Assembly: GCF_036321535.1 (NCBI RefSeq)
Contig: NC_087437.1
Span: 10,294,001 to 10,358,000, forward strand
Reading direction: 5' to 3'
Source of the DNA: Camelus dromedarius
Taxonomy: Eukaryota
Length of the DNA: 64,000 bases
Shown: in pieces, positions 13,271-26,604 of the stretch
How the letters are laid out: each line of letters starts with the position of its first letter
Position numbering within the stretch: the first letter of the stretch is position 1
Notes under the pieces: model-generated
Told to the model about the DNA's origin: nothing
Databases searched by the model: none
What the model saw: only the letters and a program-made list of their open reading frames with translations
Program-made: the position numbers and the translations under genes

Positions 13271-14374
13271 TACAAAATTCCAGTTCAATGTCAAGCACAT
13301 ACACATCAGACTTAAGAAGTCTGGATGGGGATATGGCTTCAGAAGGACAGAATGAGGCCAAGGGGAACTTCAGGTGCAAGGTAATAATGGGATAACCAAA
13401 GGCAGTGGCCGACATTGAAAGTGGAGCCAACAAGAGTCAGACAGAAGAGAGAGGGCCAAGACTACTGGGTGGCATTCATGTCTGATTACACTGGTGTTAC
13501 AGTATCTGCACATTTACCTTAAATACTTTCACCAAAGGAAGCATGGTATTATTCATTTATTCTTTAAATCTAGGGGCAGCCGGATGCCCTGACTGAGAAT
13601 TCACACTTTAGGGAAGGTAAGCAGAAATTCTACTAGAAATACCTCACTCCACTACTACAAAAGGTTCCTGCTTAATCTCAGATTCCTCAGTCTTGATAAT
13701 CACCATATCTAGATTAAAACCAAATTCTCTGATCATTAGAATAGTGAATATCAGAAATCAGTTTTTATTGGTGAAACATATGGCTTAAATACCATAATGA
13801 ATGTTAGCAGTTGCTTTCATTGGTGAAATAACTAAACGTTGAAGACATGTGAATTGGATAAAAGTTGAGAGATACTCTCTGCCCTTTCATGAGGAGGAAA
13901 TAAGACTCTATCACGGTCTCCAGACTGACAACCTTAGAAATGACACCAAGTCTTGGTCCCCAAGAGACTCTGTTTCAACCATTAATTAAGAGGATTTTTC
14001 ACCATCTGGTTCCAACCATAAGAGTACAGAATTCCTTCTCTGGAATATTGTCACATCTGCCCTAGGTAAACTTCATGCAAGCTGATGGGTGTGGTATCTA
14101 AATGCAGAGAGAGCTGAGACTTCCTTAGGTTCATATAACAGGTTACGGGAACATACTGTATCTAGTTCCTAATTAGAATGTGTTTAACAACTGAGAATCC
14201 AGAAGCTGCCACCCAAGAATGGCATCAACGCCAAGAGTTTTCTTACATGACAGCTTCTGTAACCCCCCATGGGTAGAAAACTTGAAATTACTCTCAAATC
14301 CCATTTTCTAGTGGAGAGAGAACCATGGTAGGCTTCCAGTGTACCAGGGATAGTAGAGGGCAGCCTGTCAGTGG

Positions 14375-14520
14375 TTCGTTCATTCATTCAGTCAACAAAT
14401 GTGTGTTAAGCACCTGCTAATGGGTTAAACACTGTGGGTTAGGAGCTCATGTGGTCATCTAAGTTGGGGTCAGAATAAACAATGACAGGCCACACCTCCA
14501 TCAAGATCATCCTCTAGGCA
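14375..14520 (-). mobile_element. L2 3' end fragment
   Basis: ttcattcattcagtcaacaaatgtgtgttaagcacctgcta is the antisense L2 terminus. Confidence 0.65.
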
Positions 14521-14880
14521 AAAAAATGGAAAAAAAAACATGAAACGGTACCTCTCCTTATGCATGAGGACTGCTCATCAGGAAAACCAAAGATAAGAAA
14601 CAGACTTCTGATTCCTAGGGTCTTGTGATTCTAGCAAGCAATGGAACTTGGCAGTGGAAGCCCTACCATTGGCATCATGTGAACTGTGCTGTGATCTGTT
14701 AGGCATTTACTGTCAGCCCTCCTGCATTCACTAACAAAGATGACTCCCCAGACAGCTTTCAGTCAGCTGGGTTACACAGCCACTTGGGAATTTGCATTCC
14801 ATCATCAAAAATTTCCTGACAGTATACTGTTTTCTCCACTTTGGTATGTATTTGAAAGTTTTCCATAATGAAGTATTTTT

Positions 14881-15143
14881 AAACTTTTTTTATTTTTTAA
14901 CATTTTTTATTGAGTTATAGTCATTTCACAATGTTGTGTCAAATTACAGTGTAGAGCACAATTTTTCAGTTATACGTGAACATACATATATTCATTGTCA
15001 CAGTTTTTTCGCTGTGAGCTACCACAAGATCTTGTATATATTTCCTTGTGCTATACAGTATAATCTTGTTTATCTATTCTACATATGTCTGCCAGTATCT
15101 ACACATTTTGAAATCCCAGTCTGTCCCTTCCCACCCCCCTCCC
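14881..15143 (-). mobile_element. Young lineage-specific L1 3' tip with TSD
   Basis: tttattgagttatagtcattt...ctgtcccttcccaccccc; TSD aat(g/a)aagtattttt at 14867-14880 and 15144-15157. Confidence 0.92.
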
Positions 15144-15369
15144 AATAAAGTATTTTTAAACCCCTGACATACCAGGAGGCATCAAGCATCATTCGAGCTT
15201 TTCCAGAGGTGCGATCTTACCACTTCATAAAGTTTATATTGAGCTGAAACTTGACTTCCTGTCATGTCCATCAATTGATCAAAGTTCTCTCCTGTGAACT
15301 ACATAAAGTAGTTCTTCACACAAAAGTAAATCTCTCAACAGGACAGTCCTCCAAATTACAAGACGGTTA

Positions 15370-15580
15370 TGAGGTAACTATATAATTTATTATCCAAACT
15401 GGGGACAGTTTTGAAGGTAAAAGGTGGTACTAAAATAATGAATTGAATATTAGGTTTTAATGAAGTGGGAGATCTATTAAAAAGTTCTAATCCAAAAGCA
15501 GATGCTAAACCAGATGGAACACTGAGAAACAGGCATGAACAGGGTATGACCCAAGCGAACCCAAACATATGGTCACCCTA
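15370..15580 (+). mobile_element. MER94-like hAT MITE with extra internal sequence
   Basis: Left end tgaggtaactatataatttattatccaaactggggacagttttga; right TIR catatggtcacccta. Confidence 0.7.
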
Positions 15581-15599
15581 GTTATCATGTCTCATCATC

Positions 15600-16300
15600 A
15601 TTTTCTTTGTTCAGGTTGAACATCCCTAATTATTTGAACTCTGGATATCTTCAGTATCCAAATTCATTTATTTGACAATATCCACTTAAAGCATGGTACC
15701 AAAAATAAGACAATATTCTTGATGAGTTCTGACCAGTTCCCATTACAATGAAGCCATCATCTCTTTTAATCTGACATTATATTATCCTAACACTTCCCTC
15801 AGATTGCATTAATCTGCCCGGCAGCTGCAACTGTATTGTTGGCTCATACTCAGTTTGTAATCAACTGAAATCTTCTGCACATAAAGGCCTAGTAAACTCA
15901 ATCTTCCTCTTTATAAACCTTCACAAAGGATTTTGTTTTTCAGACCTAAATTCAGGAATGATATCCTGTTAATTTCAGATCATCATTATCAACTATTAAT
16001 ATAGCTTTTGATGAACAGCTTGTCATGTAATATATTATCCATTCTTCCAATATTTTGTGACACCAAAAGTTTGTTAAAGAAATTCCAGGTGACTTTCATC
16101 CAAATTTTAACCAAAATGTTTAACAGAACAGGGCCCAGACTAATCTGGTTGACCCAACTAGTTAACATTTTTCTGCTAGGTAAGCATCCCTCTATCTACC
16201 CTGACATTGGGTCCGTATCTCTCCATTTAGTCCCAAAGAACATCAAGAGAGGTACCAAATAAGCCAGATACTTCTCTCTGAATGTGAGATGATAGAATCC
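15600..16300 (-). mobile_element. L3/CR1 LINE RT-region remnant
   Basis: tttcatccaaattttaaccaaaatgtttaacagaacagggcccagac and ttggctcatactcagtttgtaatcaact match antisense CR1 RT motifs. Confidence 0.7.
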
Positions 16301-16326
16301 TCAAGATGATTGTTTATATTTTCCAT

Positions 16327-19300
16327 GAGGGGAGAAGGTTCATGATGGTGGTGTAGGATGATCCTGAATTCACCTCCTCCCATGAACACATCAAATATAC
16401 AAATACACATAGAACAATTCACCACATTCTAGCTGTAGCATTCTATAATCAGGAGGGACCACAAAGGTGTGGATCTTTTCCATGATGAAAAAGGAATTCA
16501 AGTTCCACATCAGGCTCAGATCCCAGATCCTGTATAGCAGAGACAAGCCTCCAAAACACTTTGCTTTAAAAAACCAACTAGAAATACACACAGTAAAACT
16601 ATAGAACTACAGAGAACAGAAAATCCACTCTCAAAGGACACATTCACAAACTCACTTGACCCAAAAGTCAGCAGAAAAACACTAGACTGAAAATTACATG
16701 GACCATAGGTGAAGGGGACCCACTTACTAATCTTTAAGTATCTGCCAGAGAGGCAGGAACCAGTTGGGATACTCCCTACAGACAGAGACACAGAGGAGCC
16801 AATTTTGCAATCTCAGGCTACCTTGCTAATTCTGACACTGGTGGATGTCACTTTGGAATTCTCCCTCTAACTTGTTAGTATCAGTGGCCATAACCTGCTG
16901 AGAATACCATCCACCCCAGTACCTCAGACAGGCCTGTCAGCAAGCAGAGCAATACCCTGCCCATCAACACACCACGCAGCAGCAACAGCCCCACCACAAC
17001 ACAAAGGCACATGCAGCTCACATGGGAGAAACCCTTTAAGCCCCTGTCTCTGGTGGATAGACAGGATTGTACTTCTCCGTCCCACAGGACATCTTTCAAA
17101 GAAGGCCATTCCTTCAAGACTGGGAGAGACAGCTGATATACATAGGATGTTATGTATGAACCTAACAGTAACCACAAGGAAAAAACTTACAGTAAATACA
17201 CTAAAGAAAATGAGAAAGGAATCTAAACAAAACACTGACAAAAAACACCAAAATGCAAGACAAAAACAGAAAAAGAAGAAAAAAGAAACAGATAGGAACT
17301 ATGAAAACCAGTCAGAAAACAGTAAGATGTCAATAAGAACATACCTATTAATAATTACGGTCAAAGTATGTGGACTAAATTTGTAAATAAAAGACATAGA
17401 GTGGCTGAATGGATCAAAAAACAAGACATATATATGCTGCCAACAAGAGAATCATGTCAGAAGCAAGGATACACAGGCTGAAAGCAAAGGCATGGGAAAA
17501 GGTATTCCATGCAAATGAAAATAAAAAGAAAGTTGGAGCAGCTCTACTCATATCAGACAAAAATAGACTTTAAAACAAAGACTGTAAAAAAAGACAGAGA
17601 AGGACATTAAATTCTAATAAAGATATAAATTCAGCAAGTTATAACATTTATAAATGTATATGCATTCAACACAGAAGCAGCTAGATATAAATCAAATAAC
17701 AGACTTGAAGTGAGAAATTAAAAGCAATATAATTGTAGTAAATGACTTTGTCATACCATTTACAGCAATGGATAGATTATCCAGAAAGAAAATCAATAAG
17801 GAAACACTGGCCTTAAATGACATACTAGATCAGATGAACTTAATAAAATATACAAAACATTCAGTCCAAAAGCAGTAGAATATATATTCTTCTCAAGTGC
17901 ACATGGGACATCCTTTGGGATAGATTACATATTAAGTTACAAAACAAATATCAGTAAATTCAAGAAGATTGAATTCACATCAAGCATCTTTTCTGAAAAC
18001 AATGTATGAAACTAGAAGTCAATTACAGGAAGAAAACTGGAAAAAAACCCACCAAAATGTGGAGATTAAACAACGTGCTACTGAACAATCAATGGCTCAT
18101 CAAAGAAACCAAAGGAAAATCAAACACGTAGAGACAAACAAAAACGGAAAGATGACATACTAGAACCTATGGGATGAAGCAAAAGCAGTTCTAAGAGGGA
18201 AGTTCATAGCAATACAGGCCTACCTCAAGAAACAAGAAAAATCCCAAGCATTTAACTGTACACTTAAAGGAACTAGAAAAATAACAAAAAATAAAGCTCA
18301 AAATTAGTAGAAGGAAGGAAATAACAAATATCAGAGCAGAAATCAATGAAAAAGAGTCATTAAAAAATAGAAAAAAAAAAGCAATGAAACAAAGAGTTGG
18401 TTCTTTGAAAAGACAAACAAAATCAACAAACCTTTAGCTAGGTTAACCAAGAGAAAAAAAGAGGACTCAAATTAATAAAATCAAAAATGAAAGAAGAAAA
18501 GTCACAACCAATACCAAAAAAATACAGAGGCTCATAAAAGACTACTATAAACAATTACACACCAACAAATTGGACAACCTAGAAGAAATGGATAAATTCT
18601 TCAGAAACATAATCTTCTAAGAACAAATCATGAAGACATAGAAAATCTGAATGGATCAGTTACCAGTAAAAAGATTAAAACTGTAATCAAAGCTCTCCCA
18701 AGAAATAGAAGAAGAGGACCAGACAGCCTTACTGGTAAATTCTATGAAATATTCACAAAAACACTTAATAGCTGTCCTTCTCAAAATCTTTCAAAGGAGG
18801 AGGGAAATATTCCAAACACATTTTATAAGGCCAGCATTACCCTGATACCAAAACCAGACAAGGACAAAAAATAGAACATTATAGGCCAACATCCTTATAT
18901 ATGCACATCACATCACATGCATTAACACTTACATCACATTAACAAAATGAAGGGTAAAAAGTATATGATCATCTCAACCGATGATCAAAAACTCTCAACA
19001 TAACAGAGGAATAGAGGAAATAGAGGAATAGAGGAAACATACCTCAACATAATAAAGACCATATACCACAAACCCACAGCTAACATCATACTCAATGATG
19101 AAAGACTTGAAAACGTTTCCTCTAAGATCAGGAACAAGACAAAGATACCCCCTTTTATTCAACATAGTATTAAAAGTCCTAGCCACAGAAATTAGGTAAG
19201 TAAAAGAAATAAAAGACATCTAAATCAGAAAAGAAAGAAGTAAAACTGTCACTATTTGCAGATGATATGATACTATATATAGAAAAATCTAAAGACTCCA

Positions 19301-21175
19301 CACACACACACAAAACTGTTATAACTAAAAAATTAATTCAGTAATATTTCAGGTACAAAGTTAATATACAGAAATCTGTGGCATTTTTATACACTAATAA
19401 CAAACCATCAGAAAAAGAAACTAAGAAAGTAATCCCAATTACAATTGCATCAAAAAGAAGAAAATACCTAGAACTAAATTTAACCAAGGAGATGAAAGAC
19501 CTGTACACTGATAACTATAAAACACTGATGAAAGGAATTGCAGACAAAACAAATACATGGAAAGATACTCTGTGCTCATCTATTGGAAGAATCAATATTG
19601 TTAAAATGCCCATACCACCTAAAGTGATCTACAGATTCAATACAATCTCTGTCAAAATTCCAATGGCATATTTTGCAGAACAAGACAAATAATTCTAACA
19701 TTTGTATGGAAACACAAAAGATCCTGAATAACCAAAATAACCCTGAGAAATAAGAACAAAGCTGGAGGTATCAAGTGCCATGATTTCAAACTATACTACA
19801 AAGCTATAGTAATCAAAACAGTGTGGTACTGGCAGAAAAATGGACACATAGTTCAATGAAACAGAATTGAAATAAATCTATACATATATGGACAATTAAT
19901 TTACAACACAGGAGCAAAAACATACAATGGAGAAAAGGTAGTCTTCAATAAGTGATGTTGGGAAAACTGGACAGCCACATGAGAAAGAATGAAGTTAGAC
20001 CACTATCTGACACCATACACAAAAGTTAATTAAAGCCTTGAATGTAAGTCCTGAAACCAGAAAATTCCTGGAAGGAAAACGTTGGTGGTAATTTCATGGA
20101 CACGAGTTTTTGTGTTGTTTTTTGAAATCTAACTCCAAAGGCAAGGGAAACAAAAGAAAAATAAATAAATGGGACTACATCAAACTAAAAAGCTTTTGCA
20201 TAGCAAAGGAAGCCACCATCAAAACAAAAAGAGAACTTAATGAATTGGAGAAGATATTTGCAAATCATATATCCAATAAGGGGTTAATATCCAAAAGATA
20301 TATAAAGAACTCATACAACTCAACATCTAGAAAACAAACAACTCAATTAAAAAATGGGCAGAGGATCTGAGTAGACATTTTCCAAAGAAAATATACAGAT
20401 GGTAAACAGGCACATGAAAATATGTTCAGCATCACTAATTATTAGGGAAATGCAAATCACAACCACATGAGATACTACCTTATACCTTTATCAAAAAGTC
20501 AAGAAATAACAAATGTTGGAGAATAGGTAGAGAAAAGGGAGCCCCTGTGCACTGTTGGTGGGACTATAAATTGGTGCAGTCACTATAGAAAACAGGACAG
20601 AGATTCCTCAGGAAAAAACAAAGTAGAACTACCATATGACCCAGCTATTCCACATTTGTGTATATATCCAAAAAAACACAAAAATACTAATTTTAAATAT
20701 TTGATATGTACACCCCTATGTTCACTGAAGCATTATTTACAACAGGCAAGATATGGAAACAACCTAAGCGTCCATCAATGGATGAATGGATAAAGAAAAT
20801 GTGACACATATAGAAATGGATATACATATACAATAGAATATTAGCCCTAAAGATGAATGAAATCTTGCTATTTGTGACATGAATTGACCTTGAAGGTATT
20901 ATGCTTAGTGAAGTAAGTCAGACAAAGACAATACCATATGATTTCATTCATGTGTGGAATCTAAAAAAAAAAAGAAAAAACTAATGAACAAACAAAACAA
21001 AAGACTCACAGATACAGATAACAGATTAGTGGTTATGAGAGATGGGCAAAGTGGATGAAAGGAATCAATTGTATGGTGATAGCTGATCATTAGACTCTTG
21101 GTGGTGATCACTTTATAGTGTATACAGATGTCAAATTACAATGCTGTACACCTGAAACACATATAACTTAACAAA
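16327..21175 (+). mobile_element. Long decayed L1: 5'UTR, ORF1 absent, disrupted ORF2, 3'UTR
   Basis: 5' end ..tcatgatggtggtgtaggatgatcctgaattcacctcctccc; ORF2 start at 17327 (MSIRTYLLIITVKVCGLN); RT motif ctatttgcagatgatatg (LFADDM) at ~19251; ORF 19378-19692 is ORF2-like; 3'UTR to ~21170. Confidence 0.93.
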
Positions 21176-21819
21176 GCAGATTAAATAAACCACTTGCCCT
21201 AACAATCTACTCATAAGAGTTTGTCTTGTAAAAACTATGAAACTTCTCCAATAGTGAAAGATATCCATTGTACAAAGCTTACCACACAATCCAACAGCTC
21301 ATTTAACAGCTGTTAAATGTTGCCTGATGAAAGCATAGCCCAGAAAAAAAAAGTGGAAGGTATGTGGAGTACATCTGGCAACCAATTACTCTGATTCAGT
21401 GCAGATGTTACATCCTCCATGCTCGTCTTCACAGCATCTTGACTCACTGATAGGCCATACTGAGTTGTTTTCTATCCAAAGGTCACACCGAAGCGAGGTT
21501 GAAAAACAGTGACAAAGACCCACCATGACTCAACAGAATGGGTTGATTTGAGCCAAGAATGAACACACAGAACCAGGGCCAAGAGAAATGTCTGATGAGT
21601 GTATGACTTCACCTGCAGAAACAGAAGAGAAAGGACACTGGAGATCTCTATTATGTGCATCCACAAAAACAACGAAAATTCACTAATAAAATCCAAAGTG
21701 TCTAGAATCTGAATCGCTCTAGATATACAACAGTAGTCTCCATAAAAAATGTTCAAAGAAAACTGTAACTGGTTTTAATTGTAAAAGATTATGGGGGAAG
21801 TGTGATCTAGAGAAAATGT

Positions 21820-22060
21820 GCATCTCATCTGAAATCAAGCTCCAATTTGTTCACTAACTTGTTACGTGATTTAGTGTTTCATCATGTACTCTCCCTAAGC
21901 CAAAATTTTATTACCTGTAAATGGAGCCCTTTTTTCAAGCCATTCCACATCACAAAAAAGATCTGCCAACCTCATAGATTTGCTATGGAGCCCAAATGTG
22001 AAAACATAAATAAACACTCCATACAAATACATAGTCTTATAATAATTAATCAATCATAAT
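21820..22060 (+). mobile_element. MIR SINE, degraded
   Basis: ttattacctgtaaatgg...caacctcatagatttgctatg. Confidence 0.5.
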
Positions 22061-22239
22061 ATTATTAATGCTTGGATATTTTTACTGAATTTGATTAAAT
22101 GTGTCTCTTAAAGGTTATGCTAGATAGGTAGACAGATGGACAGATGAAAGCACATAGAGAGATGATAGATACAGATGCATTTATGAAAGCAATGAACTAT
22201 GTTTACATAATGCTATTAGTACATATTATTATAGAATAA

Positions 22240-22405
22240 CAAAAATTTGAACCTGGAATAGATTCTTGTTTCACAATGTTGTCTTACCGATGAGCAAACT
22301 GAAGTCCAGGTGTGTTTAATGACTTACCCAAGATCAAGTTAATGAAAGACTAAGGCTAAAACCTAGCTTTTCAGACACCCAGCCTATATTCTTTCCATTC
22401 CATGG
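22240..22405 (-). mobile_element. MIR SINE
   Basis: gatgagcaaactgaagtccagg...tgacttacccaagatca. Confidence 0.6.
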
Positions 22406-22709
22406 GAATGCTAATTCCATCAGTGATGACACTATCAGAATTTCCCATTCAGACTGTCACTATTCAAAAGATAAATAAAACCAGCACTTTCTCAATACTG
22501 CCAAGACACATAATGAAACTTACCTTGGTATGAAGCTGCATTGCATAACGCAGAGCTGGTGAATGCAACGCATAATTGCCTCTACTCTCTTTTGTCTCCT
22601 ATGGGCCAGAAAGCATCCTCATACTCTTGAAAATAATAGTCCAGACAGGCACTACCAATCAGTCAGAATTGCCATGTTAGATAAAAATTAACTATACTTC
22701 TTAGATATA

Positions 22710-22882
22710 TTGGAAAGATATTGAAATGAGAAACAGGAAACTTGAATTCTAGTCCAATGCCTGCAACTCCCTAGCCACGTCATGACAAGCAGGCACAATG
22801 TGGGTATGTCCTCATCTGCAAAATGAGGCATTTGGACTAACTGACCCCTTCCCAGTTCAGATGTCCTCTACCCCTATGACTA
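22710..22882 (+). mobile_element. MIR3/MIRc-like SINE
   Basis: cttgaattctagtcc...tcctcatctgcaaaatgaggcatttggactaa...cccttcccagttc. Confidence 0.65.
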
Positions 22883-23049
22883 ATGTCTGCAGTCAGCTTA
22901 AGTTAAATATGAGGAAAAAAAAAAAAGATCAAAACTATTACAGATAAAAGTGTACCCTAAGAGAAAAGAAAATGGTCTCCTCTGTGATTTATGACACTTT
23001 CTCATTTTCAAATCAGATAACTACCAGTGTAATAGCTAATAAGGTTGAC

Positions 23050-23923
23050 TCAAAACAGTATGGACTGGCACAAAAACAGACACATAGATCAATGGAACAG
23101 AACAGAGAGCTCAGAAATAAACTCAACCAACTATAGTCAATTAATCTAAGGCAAAGAATATAACATGGAGAAAAGACAGTCTTTTCCATATGTGGTGCCT
23201 GGAAGGCTCAACAGCTCCATGTAAAACAATGAAATTATAACATTTCCTCACACCACATTCAAAAATAAACTCAGAATGGTTTAAAGACCCAAATGTAAGA
23301 TCTGAAACCACAAAACTCCTAGAAGAGAACATAGAACATTCTTTGACATAAATCATAGCAATATTTTTGGAAGTGTCTCCTAAGGCAAAAGAAATAAATT
23401 CAAAAATAAACAAATGGAACCTAATTAAATGTAAAAGCTCTTGCACAGCAAAGAAAACTGTCAACAAAACAAAGACAGCCTACGAAAAAGATAGCAAATG
23501 ATATGACCAACAAGGGATTAATATCCAAAACATATAAACTGCTCATACAACTCAGTATCAAAGAAAAAAAAACCCAATCAAGAAATGGGCAGAAGACATG
23601 AATAGACATTATTCCAAAGAAGATATACAGAGGACTAACAGGCATATGAAAAGATGCTCAATATCAGTAATTATTAGAGAAATGAGGTATCACCTCACAT
23701 CTGTTAACATGTCTATCATCACAATAATAAATGTTGCAGAGGACATGAAGAAAATGCAACCCTTGTACATTGTTGGTGGAATGTAAATTGGTGCAGCCAC
23801 TATGGAAAACAGTATGGAGGTTTCTCAAAAAAACTAAAAAGAGAGCTACCAAATGAGCCAGCAATTCCACTCCTGGGTATGTAATTCCCCATCAAGAGAT
23901 GAATGGATAAAGAAGACATTTTT

Positions 23924-23966
<43 letters not shown>

Positions 23967-24404
23967 GGAATACTACTCAGCCATAAAAAAGAGTGAAATT
24001 TTGCCATTTGTGACAATGTGGATGGTCCTGGAGGGTATCATACTTAGTGATATAAGTCAGACAGAGAAAGGCAGATACTCTATATTATCATTTATATGTA
24101 GAATCTAAAAAAAACATGAATATAACAAAACAGAAACAGACTCACAGATTATAGAGAACAAGCTAGTGGTACCATTGGCCAGAGGGAAGGAAGGAGGGAC
24201 AGGACAGAGGTAGAGGATTAAGAGATACAAACGACTAAGTACAAAATTGATAAACAATAAATATATATTGTACAGCACAGGGAGATATAGCCATAATTTT
24301 GTTATAATTTTAAATGGAGTATAATCTGTAAAAATATTGGATTACTACATTGTATACCTGTAAGTAATGTAATATTGTAAATCAGCTACACGTCAGTAAA
24401 AAAG
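23050..24404 (+). mobile_element. 5'-truncated L1 (ORF2 C-terminus plus 3'UTR) with internal (CA)n at ~23927-23964
   Basis: caaaacagtatggactggcacaaaaacagacac...gccactatggaaaacagtatggagg; possible decayed TSD aatagctaataaggtt / aataactaaaagagtt. Confidence 0.9.
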
Positions 24405-24421
24405 AATAACTAAAAGAGTTT

Positions 24422-24610
24422 ACATTAGACAGGATAGGCCAAGCATTTGTAACAAATACCCCAAAATGCAACAGCTCCAACACGTAAAAGCTTAATTCTC
24501 TCTCACAAGATGGCCCAGGCATCAGGTGTCTCTCTTCCACATGGTGATTCAAGGACCCAGACTGATACAGGCTCCACATGAACAAGTTTCAAGATCAGTA
24601 TGGTCACTGC
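24422..24610 (-). mobile_element. MLT1J/K-like LTR fragment, cut off by the adjacent L1
   Basis: gtaacaaataccccaaaatg...tcttccacatggtgattcaaggacccagactgat. Confidence 0.6.
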
Positions 24611-25466
24611 ATAATCATTTTACAGTGTTTTGTCAAATTCCATTGTAGAGCACAATTTTTCAGTTATACATGAACATATATATATTCATTGTTACATTTT
24701 TTTTCACTGTGAGCTACCACAGGATCTTGTATATATTTCCCTGTGCTATACAGTATAATCTTGTTTATCTATTCTACATTTTGAAATCCTAGTCTGTCCC
24801 TTCCCACTCCCCACCCCCTTGGCAACCACAAGTTTGTATTCTATGTCTATGAGCCTGTTTCTCTTTTGTATTTATGTTTTTTTTTCTTTTTAGATTCCAC
24901 ATATGAGCGCTCTCATATGTTATTTTTCTTTCTCTTTCTGACTTACTCCACTTAGAATGACATTCTCCAGAAACATCCATGTTGCTGCAAATGGCGTTAT
25001 GTTGTCAGTTTTATGGCTGAGTAGTATTCCATTGTATAAATAGACCACATCTTGTTTATCCAGTCATCTGTTGATGGACTTTTAGTCTGCCTCCATGTCT
25101 TGGCTATTGTAAATAGTGCTGCTATGAACATTGGGGTGCAGGTGTCATCCTGAAGTAGGGTTCCTTCTGGATATATGCCCAGGAGCAGGATTCCTGGGCC
25201 ATATGGTAAGTCTATTCCTAGTCTTTTGAGGAATCTCCATACTGTTTTCCACAGTGGCTGCACCAAACTGCATTCTCACCAGCAGTGTAGGAGGGTTCCC
25301 TTTTCTCCACAGCCTCTCCAGCATTTGTCATCTGTGGCTTTTGAAAGATGTCCATTCTGACTGGTGTGAGATGTCCATTCTGACTACCTCATTGTAGTTT
25401 TGATTTGCATTTCTCTGATAATTAGTGATATTGAGCATTTTTTCATGTGCCTATTGATCATTTGTA
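24611..25466 (-). mobile_element. Young L1 3' region lacking its polyA end
   Basis: ORF 24997-25266 [32 protein letters not shown] (ORF2 C-terminus); 3'UTR closely matches the copies at 14881 and 61594. Confidence 0.93.
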
Positions 25467-26264
25467 GAGAAAATTTTTGAGCCCCTACTTATAAATCCCT
25501 TCCACCTATGAACTCCACAGTGGCTTGGCAATTGGAAATTTACTCAGTTTGATCCAAGGAAGCAGGCTTCCTGCTTTTGATTGATTATAGTGACCCACAG
25601 GTAGCCATGTCTTTGAATCGTGAATGGGATCCATAGCTCTGAAGAGAAAGGTGGCTTTCCCGAGCAGTTGAGGCAGAGCAGTGAACAGTCCGACCGGCTA
25701 AGACTGAGCGGCACTCAGTGGAAGTGTGTTCATCTGTTACACTTGGCAAGGTTGCTGATGCACAGTGATGTTGTTTGTTATGTCTCTTCTTTAGTTCATC
25801 ATTTCAAAAAAAAGGAAGACGTAGGATAAAACAGAACCACCACCACCCCATTCCGGCAGGCCTCTCTTCCCTGAGCTGCAGCTCTTCTGCTTGTAAAACA
25901 CAGCAGATGGAATGTTAAATCTAAACGAGAAAGTCTCTGGCATTCCTAGCTGTCAAAACAAGCCATGTGCCTCCTGAGTCTCAACTCTAATCCACCAAAC
26001 GCAATGAGACTATTTCAGACACAAGAATATGCACATCCAAGCCTGTTTTAGGGAGTTATTTTTTTTTTTTAAGTGTGGCTGTTGGAAGATGAATGGGTGA
26101 ACTCAAGTAAGAAATGTGTCCCAACTCAATGAGGATTTATTGACATTTTCATTACAACTGCTCTGTGACAAATATCAAGACCAGTAAATGTCAATACTTC
26201 TCAGTTGTGATCTGTGCTAAACATTAATATATATTAAGATTGTGATAGTCTTTATTGTTTAGAA

Positions 26265-26604
26265 CAATGTTATGCAATAATTAATATCACGCAAGTCACA
26301 AATGTAAGCCACATCTGCAGTTTAAAATTTTCTAGTAGTCATCTTCAAAAAGGGAAAAAGAAACAAGTGGATTAATTTTAATAATATATTTTATTCAACC
26401 CAATATATCCAAAATATTATCATTTCAATATGTAACCACTATAAAAAATTATTAAGAAGATATTTTGTACTCCATTTTTCATACTAAGTCTTTGAAATCT
26501 GGTGTGTATTTTGCATTTATAGTATTTCTTTGCCCTAATTGGACAAGCCATAGTTCAAGTGTTCACTAAGTACGTGCTACAGGTTACCATATTGGTCAGT
26601 ACAG
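26265..26604. mobile_element. MER33-like hAT-Charlie MITE, full length
   Basis: Internal ttcaacccaatatatccaaaatattatcatttcaa; terminal tattggtcagtacag; 8-bp TSD gtttagaa (26257-26264) / gtttagag (26605-26612). Confidence 0.88.

Noticed and set aside
19003..19040. agaggaatagaggaaa duplicated
   Set aside because: Local slippage inside a dead L1 ORF2; no further significance.
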